Shown here piece by piece: positions 52,008 to 61,301 of a DNA stretch of 64,000 nucleotides (position 1 is its first letter; each line of letters begins with the position of its first letter). Below the pieces are notes generated by a model. The model was not told the DNA's origin. It saw nothing but the letters and a program-made list of their open reading frames with translations, and searched no databases. The translations under genes and the position numbers were made by a program. Origin of the DNA: a virus (Duplodnaviria; Caudoviricetes); the IMG/VR virus record IMGVR_UViG_3300036803_000075, positions 1 to 64,000 of that record; one strand, given 5' to 3'.

Positions 52008-52360
52008 TCTCCGTTCTCCCGCTCCTTGCGCTGTTCCAGCTCCTGGTCGCTCTCGTCCTCGGCCGTCATCAGGTCGTCGCCGTCGTCCACACCCAGTCGG
52101 CGGAGGATCTCGTCGAGCTTGAGATTGAGAGCGAGATTGTCCCGGTTCTGGGTGTTCTGAATGATGAACACCATCAAAAAAGTGATGATCGTCGTGCTGG
52201 TGTTGATCACCAACTGCCAGGTGTCTGAGAAGCCCAACAGCGGCCCGCTGGCGCCCCATACGAGCAGAGCGCCCAGCGCGGCCACAAACACCCAGCCCCG
52301 GCCGAGAATGGCCGAGATCTTGCTGGTGAACCTGGTGAAGACCCCACCCTTTTTACTCAT
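52004..52360 (-). CDS. low-affinity iron permease (Fet4-like) family protein
   Basis: FSDTWQLVINTSTTIITFLMVFIIQNTQNRD signature; ATGA-coupled to the upstream gene. Confidence 0.85.
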   Translation of the reverse strand: MSKKGGVFTRFTSKISAILGRGWVFVAALGALLVWGASGPLLGFSDTWQLVINTSTTIITFLMVFIIQNTQNRDNLALNLKLDEILRRLGVDDGDDLMTAEDESDQELEQRKERENGD

Positions 52361-54435
52361 GCTGTCGGAGTCACCCAAGTAGTTCCATTCCACACCTTAA
52401 CGGGCGCCTGTACCCATGAGGTTCCATTCCAAATCTTTACTGGCGCATGCACCCAAGTAGTTCCATTCCACACCTTCATCGCGCCGCCGGAGGGGGCCGT
52501 GTACGTCTTCGTCAGCGTGATGTGGCTGGCACCCGAGGAGTCATAGCCGGTGCCCGTGACGGTGATCTGCTGGCCATTATCGACAACATCGAACCAGCCA
52601 TATTGCTGGCTGTAGACCGAGCTGCTCTGGGGCACCGGGTAGATCCCAGCGGAGTACGTACCGTTGCCGGCATAGGTTGTCTGGTCCAGCGGTGAGGCAC
52701 AGAAGATCTGCAGACCGCTCGGGGAGTGGGTCCCGTCATCCGCCGCCAGCACATGCAGGTCACCATGGATCATCATCACCCGGACACCGTTGGCGTTGAT
52801 GAAGTTGCCGATCTCCGTACGCTCGGTGTTGTAAGCCGACCAGGTGTCGTCGCCGACGTACGTGGTGCCGTTGTTCCACGCGTCCTCATGGAACCAGATC
52901 TTGACCGGCTCGGGCTGCAGCAGCTGAGCCTTCAGCCAGTCCTTCTGGGTGCTCCCGAGCTTGGTCTTGCTGGAGTTGTCCGTCTGGGCGATCGGACTCA
53001 TGTACGACCGGCCGTCGGTGCAGATATAGCGCACCCGGCCGGCCACGAAGGTGAAGTACGTTCCCGCGTTGTCCGCCGCCGGCAGCGTATAGCTCGGCAC
53101 CCGGTTCCGGTAGACGGACTGGGCAGCCGCGTGGGCGACCGCAGTACCGTCGTTGTTCGAGCCGCCGCCGGAGTCGTGGTCAGACCAGATGTAACTGATG
53201 CTGGTGCTGGAGAAGAGCGACTGCTGCCGCTGGCAGCTCATCACCTCGTCCCACGCCCGGTTGAACAACGTCGTGTCATTGGCCACGATGTCTCGGTAGT
53301 TCAGGTCTCCCAGGTGCTGGAAGAACAACGCCGTCCGAGATCCCGCCCCCACCGAGCCGGTGCGTGTGCGGATCTGGTCGAAGTTGATGTCATTACTGAA
53401 GGTCTTGGCACATGAGGCAGCAGCGAAGGAATAGCTAGCGGGGCTGCCTGCTACCGGGAACGTCCGCACCGTACCGACAGACTGGGTGTCGATCGTTCCG
53501 TCCAGCTCCAGACCGTAGTAGTACGTGGTGTTCGCAGTCAGCCCTGAAATAGCGAACTTAGCCAATCCATTGGCGTCAGGCGTGGCCGCGCTGGAAAAGA
53601 CTGGGCTCGTCAGCAGATCGCTAGTGGTAGAGACCTTCACCCTCGCGGACGCCGTGTTAACCGTTCGAGAGGAGACATTGAATCCAGTAGCGGTCGCTCC
53701 ACCGGCCCAACGGGAAAGGCAGGTCTGGTACATCGCTGGGTATCCGACATCGGAAAATCCCGCATTCGCTGCGTAATAAGCGATAGCGGCAGTGGCGTTA
53801 ACCGTCCCTACCACGCCGCAGTACATAGCCGTGCCGGTGTTGAATGTAGCCGTGCTGGTGATGGTCTGGGCAGGTGAGCCAAAGGCTGCAGTCGGGAAGG
53901 ATCGAACCTCCAGCTGCCCGACCGTGGCAGAGAAAGTCACCTTCCATTCAATGCGACCCCAGGTATTCGCCGTCAAGGCACCCGTGGTGGTCGTGGCGGC
54001 AGACGCTCCTGTCGAATCCCGAGCTGAGATCAGACCACTAGAAAGCACTCGCAGAGTAGCCATGATAGCGCCCGAAGTATTCAAGATCGCCATGACGGCT
54101 TGGGAGCTGCCTGGAAGCGAGGGAAAGTTAACGTCGATCCAGCCATAAATGGTGGTCGCGCTCGTCTGGAACATCCCCGCTGGACTAGCGGCGCCAGTGT
54201 TCCACCGGGTATACGCCTGGGCGTCGGTGGCATTCGCTACTACGTGAAGGGTATTGACTCCGGTCGACCGTACGACCGTATTGCTGTAGGCCAATGCTGC
54301 CGTACCACCGATCGTGGGCAAGAAGTCAAAGGCCCATCCAGGCCCACCACCAGAGTTGCCGGCAGTGGTAGGCATGTTAGGCACCACCAGCGCCGCACCA
54401 TTGGGGCCATTCAGGCTATTGAAAACTCGCGTCAT
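52357..54435 (-). CDS. PhoD-like alkaline phosphatase with lectin-like/FN3 N-terminus
   Basis: FAAASC, HLGDLNY, WSDHD, TDGRS, LGSTQKDWL, HGDLH; C-terminal K(V/I)WNGT(T/S)W x3. Confidence 0.8.
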   Translation of the reverse strand: MTRVFNSLNGPNGAALVVPNMPTTAGNSGGGPGWAFDFLPTIGGTAALAYSNTVVRSTGVNTLHVVANATDAQAYTRWNTGAASPAGMFQTSATTIYGWIDVNFPSLPGSSQAVMAILNTSGAIMATLRVLSSGLISARDSTGASAATTTTGALTANTWGRIEWKVTFSATVGQLEVRSFPTAAFGSPAQTITSTATFNTGTAMYCGVVGTVNATAAIAYYAANAGFSDVGYPAMYQTCLSRWAGGATATGFNVSSRTVNTASARVKVSTTSDLLTSPVFSSAATPDANGLAKFAISGLTANTTYYYGLELDGTIDTQSVGTVRTFPVAGSPASYSFAAASCAKTFSNDINFDQIRTRTGSVGAGSRTALFFQHLGDLNYRDIVANDTTLFNRAWDEVMSCQRQQSLFSSTSISYIWSDHDSGGGSNNDGTAVAHAAAQSVYRNRVPSYTLPAADNAGTYFTFVAGRVRYICTDGRSYMSPIAQTDNSSKTKLGSTQKDWLKAQLLQPEPVKIWFHEDAWNNGTTYVGDDTWSAYNTERTEIGNFINANGVRVMMIHGDLHVLAADDGTHSPSGLQIFCASPLDQTTYAGNGTYSAGIYPVPQSSSVYSQQYGWFDVVDNGQQITVTGTGYDSSGASHITLTKTYTAPSGGAMKVWNGTTWVHAPVKIWNGTSWVQAPVKVWNGTTWVTPTA

Positions 54436-54445
54436 CTTTTATCTC

Positions 54446-55930
54446 CTACGCGGCCGTGTTGAGAGTCCAGCTGGTGTCGTCGTTCTTGAGCAGGTTCGCG
54501 GCCGACTGCTGGAGGATCTTGTTGCCGCTGTTGGGCGCGATAAGCCCAGAAACCTTGCAGGTGGCCGTGGTGTACACCGCCGGCCGGGTGAGTGGGGTGT
54601 TGGAGGTCTGAGCGGCACCACCCAGGAACGTGCAGCCCTGAACCAAATGGTCCGCCCCGCCCTGGATCTGGATGATTCCCTTGGTGCCAGCGCCGGCCAC
54701 GGCGGTGTTGAAGAAGATGCAACCAATCATGGCCACACCCGCACCGCCCGTGATGTTGATGGCGGGAGCCTGCTGCCAGGTCGTCGAGGTGTTCCGCCCC
54801 GTACCGTCGAACCTCGTTCGCAAGAAATAAAGATCTCCGTACGATCCCTCGACCTTGATCCCGCCGCAGACCTGCGGGGTGATGTAGACCGACCCCACCG
54901 TGGTCCGGGACATGTGAGCGAGGCGCATGTACCAGGACGCGGCGGGGATGTTCACGGCCGAAAGGAAGGACTGCCCCTCCAGCCAGTAATTGTTGTCCGA
55001 GCCCGCCAGGTAGAACTGCGTGTCCGTACCGGCGTTGGTGTACATCCGCTCGATGGAGACCCGCAGATGCCGGGACTGCATGACAGTTTTAAATCCCACC
55101 CAGCCGCCATCCCGGAAGCTGGCGTCCACCAGGATCGGGCCGTTGGACAGATCCGAGGTCGGGGTGAGGAAGTAGTTACTCCCGGTACCGGTGAAGCAGA
55201 TCCCGTGGATATAGAAGTCCTTGGCTCCCGTGCTGGGACCGCCGGCCGGGTCCACCGAGAAGAGGCCGGTGCCGGTGACGTGCACGACGCACTGCCGGCT
55301 GAACTCCCGCTCCATACCGCCCAGCGGACCGGAGATCCGCAGTCCGGAGATGGTCAGCGGGTAGGTGTTCGCGAAGGTGTGCGTGCGGTTGGCCAGCACC
55401 AGGGTCGGCTTGTACGTCTGAGCCCCGATGTAGCTCATGGCGTTGGCCATCTTGATGTCGTCAGAGGCCCCTGAGAAGCTGTCCAGGGCCACGATACCGA
55501 GCTGGGCTAGGTTGGCTGACCCTCCGCCTCCGCCACCGCCAGGCTGGTTCTCAAGCACCGTTACGCGGTTGCCCAGGCTGGTCACGCTGGTCTGCAGTGT
55601 GACGATGTTGCCCTCGTTGGTCGTGACCCGAGTGCCCAGCGCGTTGATGTCGTCCGCCACCGGGACGAGTACGTCCACGTCCTCCACGAAGACCTCGTTG
55701 GAGGCGCCGACCGTGATGCCGATCCGCACCCGCAGTGAGGCTTCGGTGTAGAAGGAAATGTTCCCCGTCAGTGAGGTGAAGGGGTTGGACATCGTGGAGG
55801 CGGTCACCGCGTTCGGGTAGATCGGCACCGTGATCGGTGTCGTCGTACTCGGCTGCAGAAGGCGTACCTGTGCCCCAGCCACCACATTGCCCTGGCTGTC
55901 GACGATCTTGGTCTGGTAATGGGCTCTCAC
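54446..55930 (-). CDS. tail fibre/spike protein
   Basis: N-terminal attachment domain, coiled coil, Gly linker, beta-helix-like C-terminus. Confidence 0.7.
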   Translation of the reverse strand: MRAHYQTKIVDSQGNVVAGAQVRLLQPSTTTPITVPIYPNAVTASTMSNPFTSLTGNISFYTEASLRVRIGITVGASNEVFVEDVDVLVPVADDINALGTRVTTNEGNIVTLQTSVTSLGNRVTVLENQPGGGGGGGSANLAQLGIVALDSFSGASDDIKMANAMSYIGAQTYKPTLVLANRTHTFANTYPLTISGLRISGPLGGMEREFSRQCVVHVTGTGLFSVDPAGGPSTGAKDFYIHGICFTGTGSNYFLTPTSDLSNGPILVDASFRDGGWVGFKTVMQSRHLRVSIERMYTNAGTDTQFYLAGSDNNYWLEGQSFLSAVNIPAASWYMRLAHMSRTTVGSVYITPQVCGGIKVEGSYGDLYFLRTRFDGTGRNTSTTWQQAPAINITGGAGVAMIGCIFFNTAVAGAGTKGIIQIQGGADHLVQGCTFLGGAAQTSNTPLTRPAVYTTATCKVSGLIAPNSGNKILQQSAANLLKNDDTSWTLNTAA

Positions 55931-55940
55931 GTTGCCTCCT

Positions 55941-56075
55941 CTACTCCTTCGGTGTGCTGACTACGAGTAGGGAAGTGACGCCATACTCAGGCGGCTGCTC
56001 GACGATCACCGTCGCGTTCGACAGACTCACGTCAGCGACGACGAGAATCGGCTCCAGATAGATCACGGCGTCCAT
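55941..56075 (-). CDS. small hypothetical protein
   Basis: 44-aa ORF with TGATG coupling to the upstream gene. Confidence 0.35.
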   Translation of the reverse strand: MDAVIYLEPILVVADVSLSNATVIVEQPPEYGVTSLLVVSTPKE

Positions 56076-56434
56076 CACAGCCCCGTGGTATCCACCCAAA
56101 TTGTCGTGTAGGAAACGGGGCTCGACGGAGCGGTGTTCTGCACGAACAGGGCCTGACTGGACGGCGGCAGCAGCAGGTCCACGTCCTCAATAAAATACTC
56201 CGGATTGGCGCCTACGGTGACTCCGAAGCGGACCCGCAACGGAGAGTCGCAGTACACGCTCACCGAACCGTCCGCTGAGGTGAACGGGTTGGCCAGCGGA
56301 GTACCAGAATCGGCACTGCCGTAGATCGTCTGGGAGATCAGCGTCGTGGTGCCCGGGTTGAGCAACCGAACCGAGGCGCCCGTCAGGACGTTGCCCTGGT
56401 TGTCGACGACTGTCGTCTGGAAATGGGCTCGCAT
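56075..56434 (-). CDS. short paralog of the tail-fibre N-terminal domain
   Basis: MRAHFQTTVVDNQGNV... closely matches MRAHYQTKIVDSQGNV... Confidence 0.75.
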   Translation of the reverse strand: MRAHFQTTVVDNQGNVLTGASVRLLNPGTTTLISQTIYGSADSGTPLANPFTSADGSVSVYCDSPLRVRFGVTVGANPEYFIEDVDLLLPPSSQALFVQNTAPSSPVSYTTIWVDTTGL

Positions 56435-56443
56435 TGGTTACTC

Positions 56444-59400
56444 CTAAACCACGATACTGTCGGTGAGATAAACGGTGGAGGTCGTCGGCACCACGAAGGC
56501 CCCCGACAGGTAGAACGGTTTCGTCGGTGGAAGGGCCTCCACCTCGCGCAGGATGCCCTGAGCCAGCCACTGCCGGTACGCGAACCACCAGCTCTGCGGA
56601 ATGGGCTTGTGCCAGGCCTTGAAGCGGGGATCCTGCTCGACCGGATTGAGCTGGTCCTGCGGTGTGACGTTGGGTCCCTGCGGCTGAATGGTCTCGGAGT
56701 GCGGAATGCCCCGGGTCAATGAGTCGTACCAGGGCCTGATAGTGATCGAGGAGACCGCCAGGCCCGGCCGGAATCCCTTCACCCGCCACATCAATGACCG
56801 GCCCACATCCGGGTTGGTGCTCGTAGACGTGGGAAAGATCAGCACGCCGTTGGGATCGTTCCGGATGTCAAAGGCCGGCCACCAGGAAGCGCCCGCGTCA
56901 TTGGAGAACTCCCACCGGATAGGGTCCTCGAAGACCGCGATGTTGTCTACGTACCAGGTGTCCAACGAGGATCCCCGCTGGAGCAGCCGAGCGTAAACCG
57001 CACCCACATCGGTATTGGCCACATTGTCGATCTGGTCCCAGGTTCCGGCCGCCTCCATCGCGGTCCAGGTCGGATATGTGGTTTCGATCTGATCCCAGGT
57101 GAACTCGACGACATCCGGAGGCAGCTCGCCGTACGTGTACCCGACGAACCATTCCGAGATCTGACCTGGCTGCGCTTCCACTTCCTGCTCGGCCAGCACC
57201 TGCCCGCCCGCGTCCACCACCTGAACGAACAGCGGCTGAGTGAGGGCCTTGGGAGTGAATACCCGCGCGGCCACATACAGCCGGCCGGACTGCGATCCGG
57301 TGACGCCCTGATTGCTGGCGATGCCTCCTTCGGGCAGGCTCTGATTCCCCTGGCTCTCCAGGTCATCCCAGACCGGCTTGTAGGGGCTCGGGTCGTCCGC
57401 CTCGATGTCATCCCAGGATGCGTACCGCAGCTCCAGGTTCGCCCAGAAGTTCTCCGAGACACCACGGGTGATCTGAACCGTAGAGCCGATATCCGTGGTG
57501 AAGTCAGTGCTGGACGTAATGGAGGCGTCACCGTAGGGCACCCACCGTGACAACGTCTGATCCACGAAGTCCGGGTCGGTGAGCAGCTGCACAGCCTCGG
57601 ACTGCGTGGTGGCGAACTGAATTCCACGTACCCGCCGCAGAGATCGAAAGATCTGACTCTGCATGGCCGCTATATCCAGCTCCAGATACGGCGGCGTGGT
57701 CAGCCCACCCGGAGCAAAGTCCCAGACGATGCCATTGCTAGCCGCCGCCGCCGCCTGGTCCAGATGAGAGTTGTCGTGGAATACCTCGAGGTACTGATCC
57801 GTGTCATCGTCAGTGAGGTAATCCACCCGGTACATCGCCAGACCCTTGAGCCCGGCGAAGTAGCCGACCTTGTTGGTGTTGGTGACCTCGACCGTCTCGT
57901 AGTAATGCTTCCCTGTCTGGGAAAACCCAGGCGTCCAGGTCGTGGGCTGCCAGGTCTGGAAGTTGAGCAGATTGCTCTGCTGGGAGATTGTCGCGGCCAC
58001 CGACGGGTTCGGTGCGTAGAGCGCCTGCGTGGGAGTATAGGTGGGATATTTATTTCCCGACAGGTCCGTGCTCAGGCGGGTGCTGTCCGCATAGGCGATA
58101 GTGGTGGCCGCATCCTTGTTGACCGTGACTCCGGAACCGCCAGTGTTGTTGCTGTAACTGGTCGTGCGCGGAACGGCGTTACTCATCACCTCTGAGGTGA
58201 ATGTCCGCACGGTCCTGCTGATCGGCCGGGTACTGGTGTAGGGCTGCGGGTTCAAGTCGGTGAATTCGAACTTGAAGAACCGAGCCTTGACCGCGTCGAA
58301 GGCCATGATTCCCTTGTTGGCCTTGAAGTCCCGGTTGATCGGATGCCAGACCAGGTCTTCGTACTGCAGGCCGGGACCGCCGAGCATCCCGTAGGGATTG
58401 ACGCTGCTCTCACCCTGTGTTTGGAAGCTCGGGTCATACCTCAACAGGGAGTTCATGGTCGTGCCGGTGTCGTCGCCCCAGTAGGTCGCCTTGGTGACAT
58501 AGCCGGTGGGATCTGACACGTAGAGGTCCAGCTCGCCGTCCGGCAGCATGCTCTGCTTGATCACCAGACCTTTGAGCCGGTAATTGCCAGGAGCTGGCGT
58601 GACGTTGTCCGGAGACAGCGACGCGCCCAGCCGGATGGTCGAGGGCGGGGTGAGGTCTCCGGTGACGTTGGTGGAGATCTCCTGGCCGGCCGCCTGCATG
58701 ATCAGCTGGCCATTCTGATACCCGAGCAGAATGGGAATCTGATCATTAAAAATGAAGCTCAAGGGCAGCGAGAGCACCGCCGCGCCCAGCCGGGCGTACA
58801 GAAGCCCTTGCGTTACCCAGATCGATACTGAGCTGGAGTCCATCACCACATAGGTGGTGGCATCGCTCATCTCATACTGGGGCTGGAAAATCATCGCCAA
58901 CCACCAGGGCTGGCGGGTATCCCACTGGATCCTGGAGTTGTCCAGCTGGACGAACCCGACCGGAAGTGGGAACAGCAGCCCCTGGCTGTTCTGGGTCAGC
59001 GCGACACCCTGCCCCCGGCTGGCCGGAAAGGCGAGGACATCATCTGAAGCCTCGAAGGTACTCGGATCCGGAGTGTCATCGGACCAGTACAGGTTCAGGT
59101 GCGTCCCCGAGTAGAGCGGGTCGATCTCAAAGCGATCAATGACCTGAGCCGCGCCCGAGGAGTCCCGCGCGTCCACATAGAAGTTGACCACCGCGTAATT
59201 GACCGGCTGGGCCTCCGACCTCCAGACGTACCCATTCAGGAGGTCCATGGCCCGGTTCTTCCGGATGGCGAACTCTACCGATGACCCCAGGATGTCAGTG
59301 CTGGAAGCGAAGGTCCCGTTCTCGGTAACGATGTTGCCGTCCCGAGGCGTACGCGGGACATCGGTCAGGACATCAGCTCGATACCCGCACAGGAATCCCC

Positions 59401-59998
59401 GGACCCCCAGCGAGTACTGAAAGGCCACCCCAGTGGAGTCGCGGGGGAACTTGTCCGACCGGACTCGCTGAAGGCACAATCGGATCTGGCTGGTGGTGAC
59501 CGCTTGGCAGCGCACCTCAAAGGCCAGCCAGTGTCCGGCGCCGTAATGCTGGGGGTGCTCTCCAGGCTTGAGGTCATTTGCTGGCAGCAAAGTACTGGGC
59601 ATCGAGTCGGTGATCCAGATCAGACTCGGATGCGTCGCTGGATTCCGGGTAGTGGAGTCCGACAGGTACTCCATGCATGGCTTCCACGACTTCGTCTTGG
59701 AGTCCCACCATTCCGTCCACACACGGTGGGGAAAGTGAGCCAGCTCGAAGGCGATGATGTTGATCGGCTTAGGGGTCGACAGGTTCACCTGGAAGATCTC
59801 CAGGGTGCCGTCCTCCTGCCAGCGCCGGCTGGAGGCCCAGAAGCGAAAGTCGCTGGAGGCCCGCTGGTCGATCGGAGTCTCATTGACTCGAATGGCATCA
59901 GCCAGAATCTCCACCGGCATGCCATCGACGTAAACCGGCGCGACCGCACTCTGGGTCCAGGACCCGGGAGGCTGGAAGGTCGAAGAGGGAGTCGTCAC
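56444..59998 (-). CDS. large minor tail/baseplate protein
   Basis: 1184-aa beta-rich ORF in the baseplate operon. Confidence 0.7.
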   Translation of the reverse strand: MTTPSSTFQPPGSWTQSAVAPVYVDGMPVEILADAIRVNETPIDQRASSDFRFWASSRRWQEDGTLEIFQVNLSTPKPINIIAFELAHFPHRVWTEWWDSKTKSWKPCMEYLSDSTTRNPATHPSLIWITDSMPSTLLPANDLKPGEHPQHYGAGHWLAFEVRCQAVTTSQIRLCLQRVRSDKFPRDSTGVAFQYSLGVRGFLCGYRADVLTDVPRTPRDGNIVTENGTFASSTDILGSSVEFAIRKNRAMDLLNGYVWRSEAQPVNYAVVNFYVDARDSSGAAQVIDRFEIDPLYSGTHLNLYWSDDTPDPSTFEASDDVLAFPASRGQGVALTQNSQGLLFPLPVGFVQLDNSRIQWDTRQPWWLAMIFQPQYEMSDATTYVVMDSSSVSIWVTQGLLYARLGAAVLSLPLSFIFNDQIPILLGYQNGQLIMQAAGQEISTNVTGDLTPPSTIRLGASLSPDNVTPAPGNYRLKGLVIKQSMLPDGELDLYVSDPTGYVTKATYWGDDTGTTMNSLLRYDPSFQTQGESSVNPYGMLGGPGLQYEDLVWHPINRDFKANKGIMAFDAVKARFFKFEFTDLNPQPYTSTRPISRTVRTFTSEVMSNAVPRTTSYSNNTGGSGVTVNKDAATTIAYADSTRLSTDLSGNKYPTYTPTQALYAPNPSVAATISQQSNLLNFQTWQPTTWTPGFSQTGKHYYETVEVTNTNKVGYFAGLKGLAMYRVDYLTDDDTDQYLEVFHDNSHLDQAAAAASNGIVWDFAPGGLTTPPYLELDIAAMQSQIFRSLRRVRGIQFATTQSEAVQLLTDPDFVDQTLSRWVPYGDASITSSTDFTTDIGSTVQITRGVSENFWANLELRYASWDDIEADDPSPYKPVWDDLESQGNQSLPEGGIASNQGVTGSQSGRLYVAARVFTPKALTQPLFVQVVDAGGQVLAEQEVEAQPGQISEWFVGYTYGELPPDVVEFTWDQIETTYPTWTAMEAAGTWDQIDNVANTDVGAVYARLLQRGSSLDTWYVDNIAVFEDPIRWEFSNDAGASWWPAFDIRNDPNGVLIFPTSTSTNPDVGRSLMWRVKGFRPGLAVSSITIRPWYDSLTRGIPHSETIQPQGPNVTPQDQLNPVEQDPRFKAWHKPIPQSWWFAYRQWLAQGILREVEALPPTKPFYLSGAFVVPTTSTVYLTDSIVV

Positions 59999-61290
59999 GT
60001 AGCGCTCACCGCCGGCTGCCGATTACCGACGTATGGCGCCGCCACCAAAATGCCGTCCGAGGCGTAACGGACCGCAGCCGCCTGCTTGGCATCCATTACA
60101 CCTTTATCGGGGGTATAGACAGTCCGGGTGCCATTGGCCGCGACAGCGATGTCATTGGAGCTGGTCGCCTGCGGATACCAGACCCCCAAAGAGCCGTCCG
60201 CCGGCCAGTGAGCGTCACGTAGAGCCGATGCGGACCGTACTGAGGTGATGTTCTGGTTGTAGGTCCAGGACGTGCCCTGGGAGCCACTCAGAGGCGGCGT
60301 GGGGGTCGCCTGGCCTGAGACTCCGGTGTAGGGAGACCCGGTCAGCCCCGGCGCCGGCTTGATCTTGGTGACGACCTCCCAGTACTCCGAGTCAGCCTCT
60401 ACCGAAGCGATGGGCACCGCCACATGCATCGGTACGCCGTCAGAGTTGACTGTCAGCAAGGCGCCGGCAGGCTTGAGCACCGAAAGCACCCGAACGACAG
60501 CGATCTCATCCTCTACCCGCAAAGCCTGCTCGTCCGTGCCGTACGTCTTCTTCGGCCGGATGATCACCTCGCCTCGGGTATCCGAGCCCGACCGGCCGTA
60601 CTGAACCGCGCCCTCAATGGACTGCCAGGTGGAATTCTCCATCGGGTCCCAGGTGGCGAAGGTCGCCTCCATGTCATCCCAGGTACGCCCAGCACCCGGT
60701 GAGGCGCCCGTGGAGTCCAGCAGCGCCCAGGTCTCATAGATCTCACAGGGCACACCGGTCAGAGCCTCAGCGGCTGCCCTGAGGCCGGGGATGGTGGCAC
60801 CCAGCGTGATGGCCTTGGCCAGCGCTATGAGTCGCTCGCGGTAACGGGCATCTGAGGCCGCCACCGCGTCCCAGCTGTCCGGCGTGGCCAGATCCGTCAG
60901 AGGGTCGACATCGAGAGTCTCATCCGACCGACGCTGAGCGCCGAACAGTGCTCCATAGAACCGGTCCAGGTCATAAAAATGAGTGCCGGACAGAATCGAT
61001 TGGAACTGGCTCTGCATGTACCGCTTGCGAAGCTGGCCGACCCCAGAATCTCCGGAGAGTGCTTTGATAAACCGCACCAGGTGACTGGTCGGTCGCAGGT
61101 CGTACAGCTCGTCCGGCATGTGCCGCAGTCGGTACTGCAGCGACGTGTCCGGCAGGATCATGCCCGTCGCGGTGGACAGCCCAGATACGTTCGGACTGGA
61201 CGTAGAGGTCTGCTGCGGCAGGATGCCGGTGGTGTTCTTGTCGCTCGTATCAAAAATTGACTGGCTCTGGTGCACTACATCGACTGCCAT
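59995..61290 (-). CDS. baseplate wedge protein
   Basis: LDRFYG..RRSDE..DARYRERL..GATIPGL..LKPAG pattern; follows baseplate J. Confidence 0.7.
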   Translation of the reverse strand: MAVDVVHQSQSIFDTSDKNTTGILPQQTSTSSPNVSGLSTATGMILPDTSLQYRLRHMPDELYDLRPTSHLVRFIKALSGDSGVGQLRKRYMQSQFQSILSGTHFYDLDRFYGALFGAQRRSDETLDVDPLTDLATPDSWDAVAASDARYRERLIALAKAITLGATIPGLRAAAEALTGVPCEIYETWALLDSTGASPGAGRTWDDMEATFATWDPMENSTWQSIEGAVQYGRSGSDTRGEVIIRPKKTYGTDEQALRVEDEIAVVRVLSVLKPAGALLTVNSDGVPMHVAVPIASVEADSEYWEVVTKIKPAPGLTGSPYTGVSGQATPTPPLSGSQGTSWTYNQNITSVRSASALRDAHWPADGSLGVWYPQATSSNDIAVAANGTRTVYTPDKGVMDAKQAAAVRYASDGILVAAPYVGNRQPAVSAT

Positions 61291-61301
61291 TTCTCCACCT
61301 C

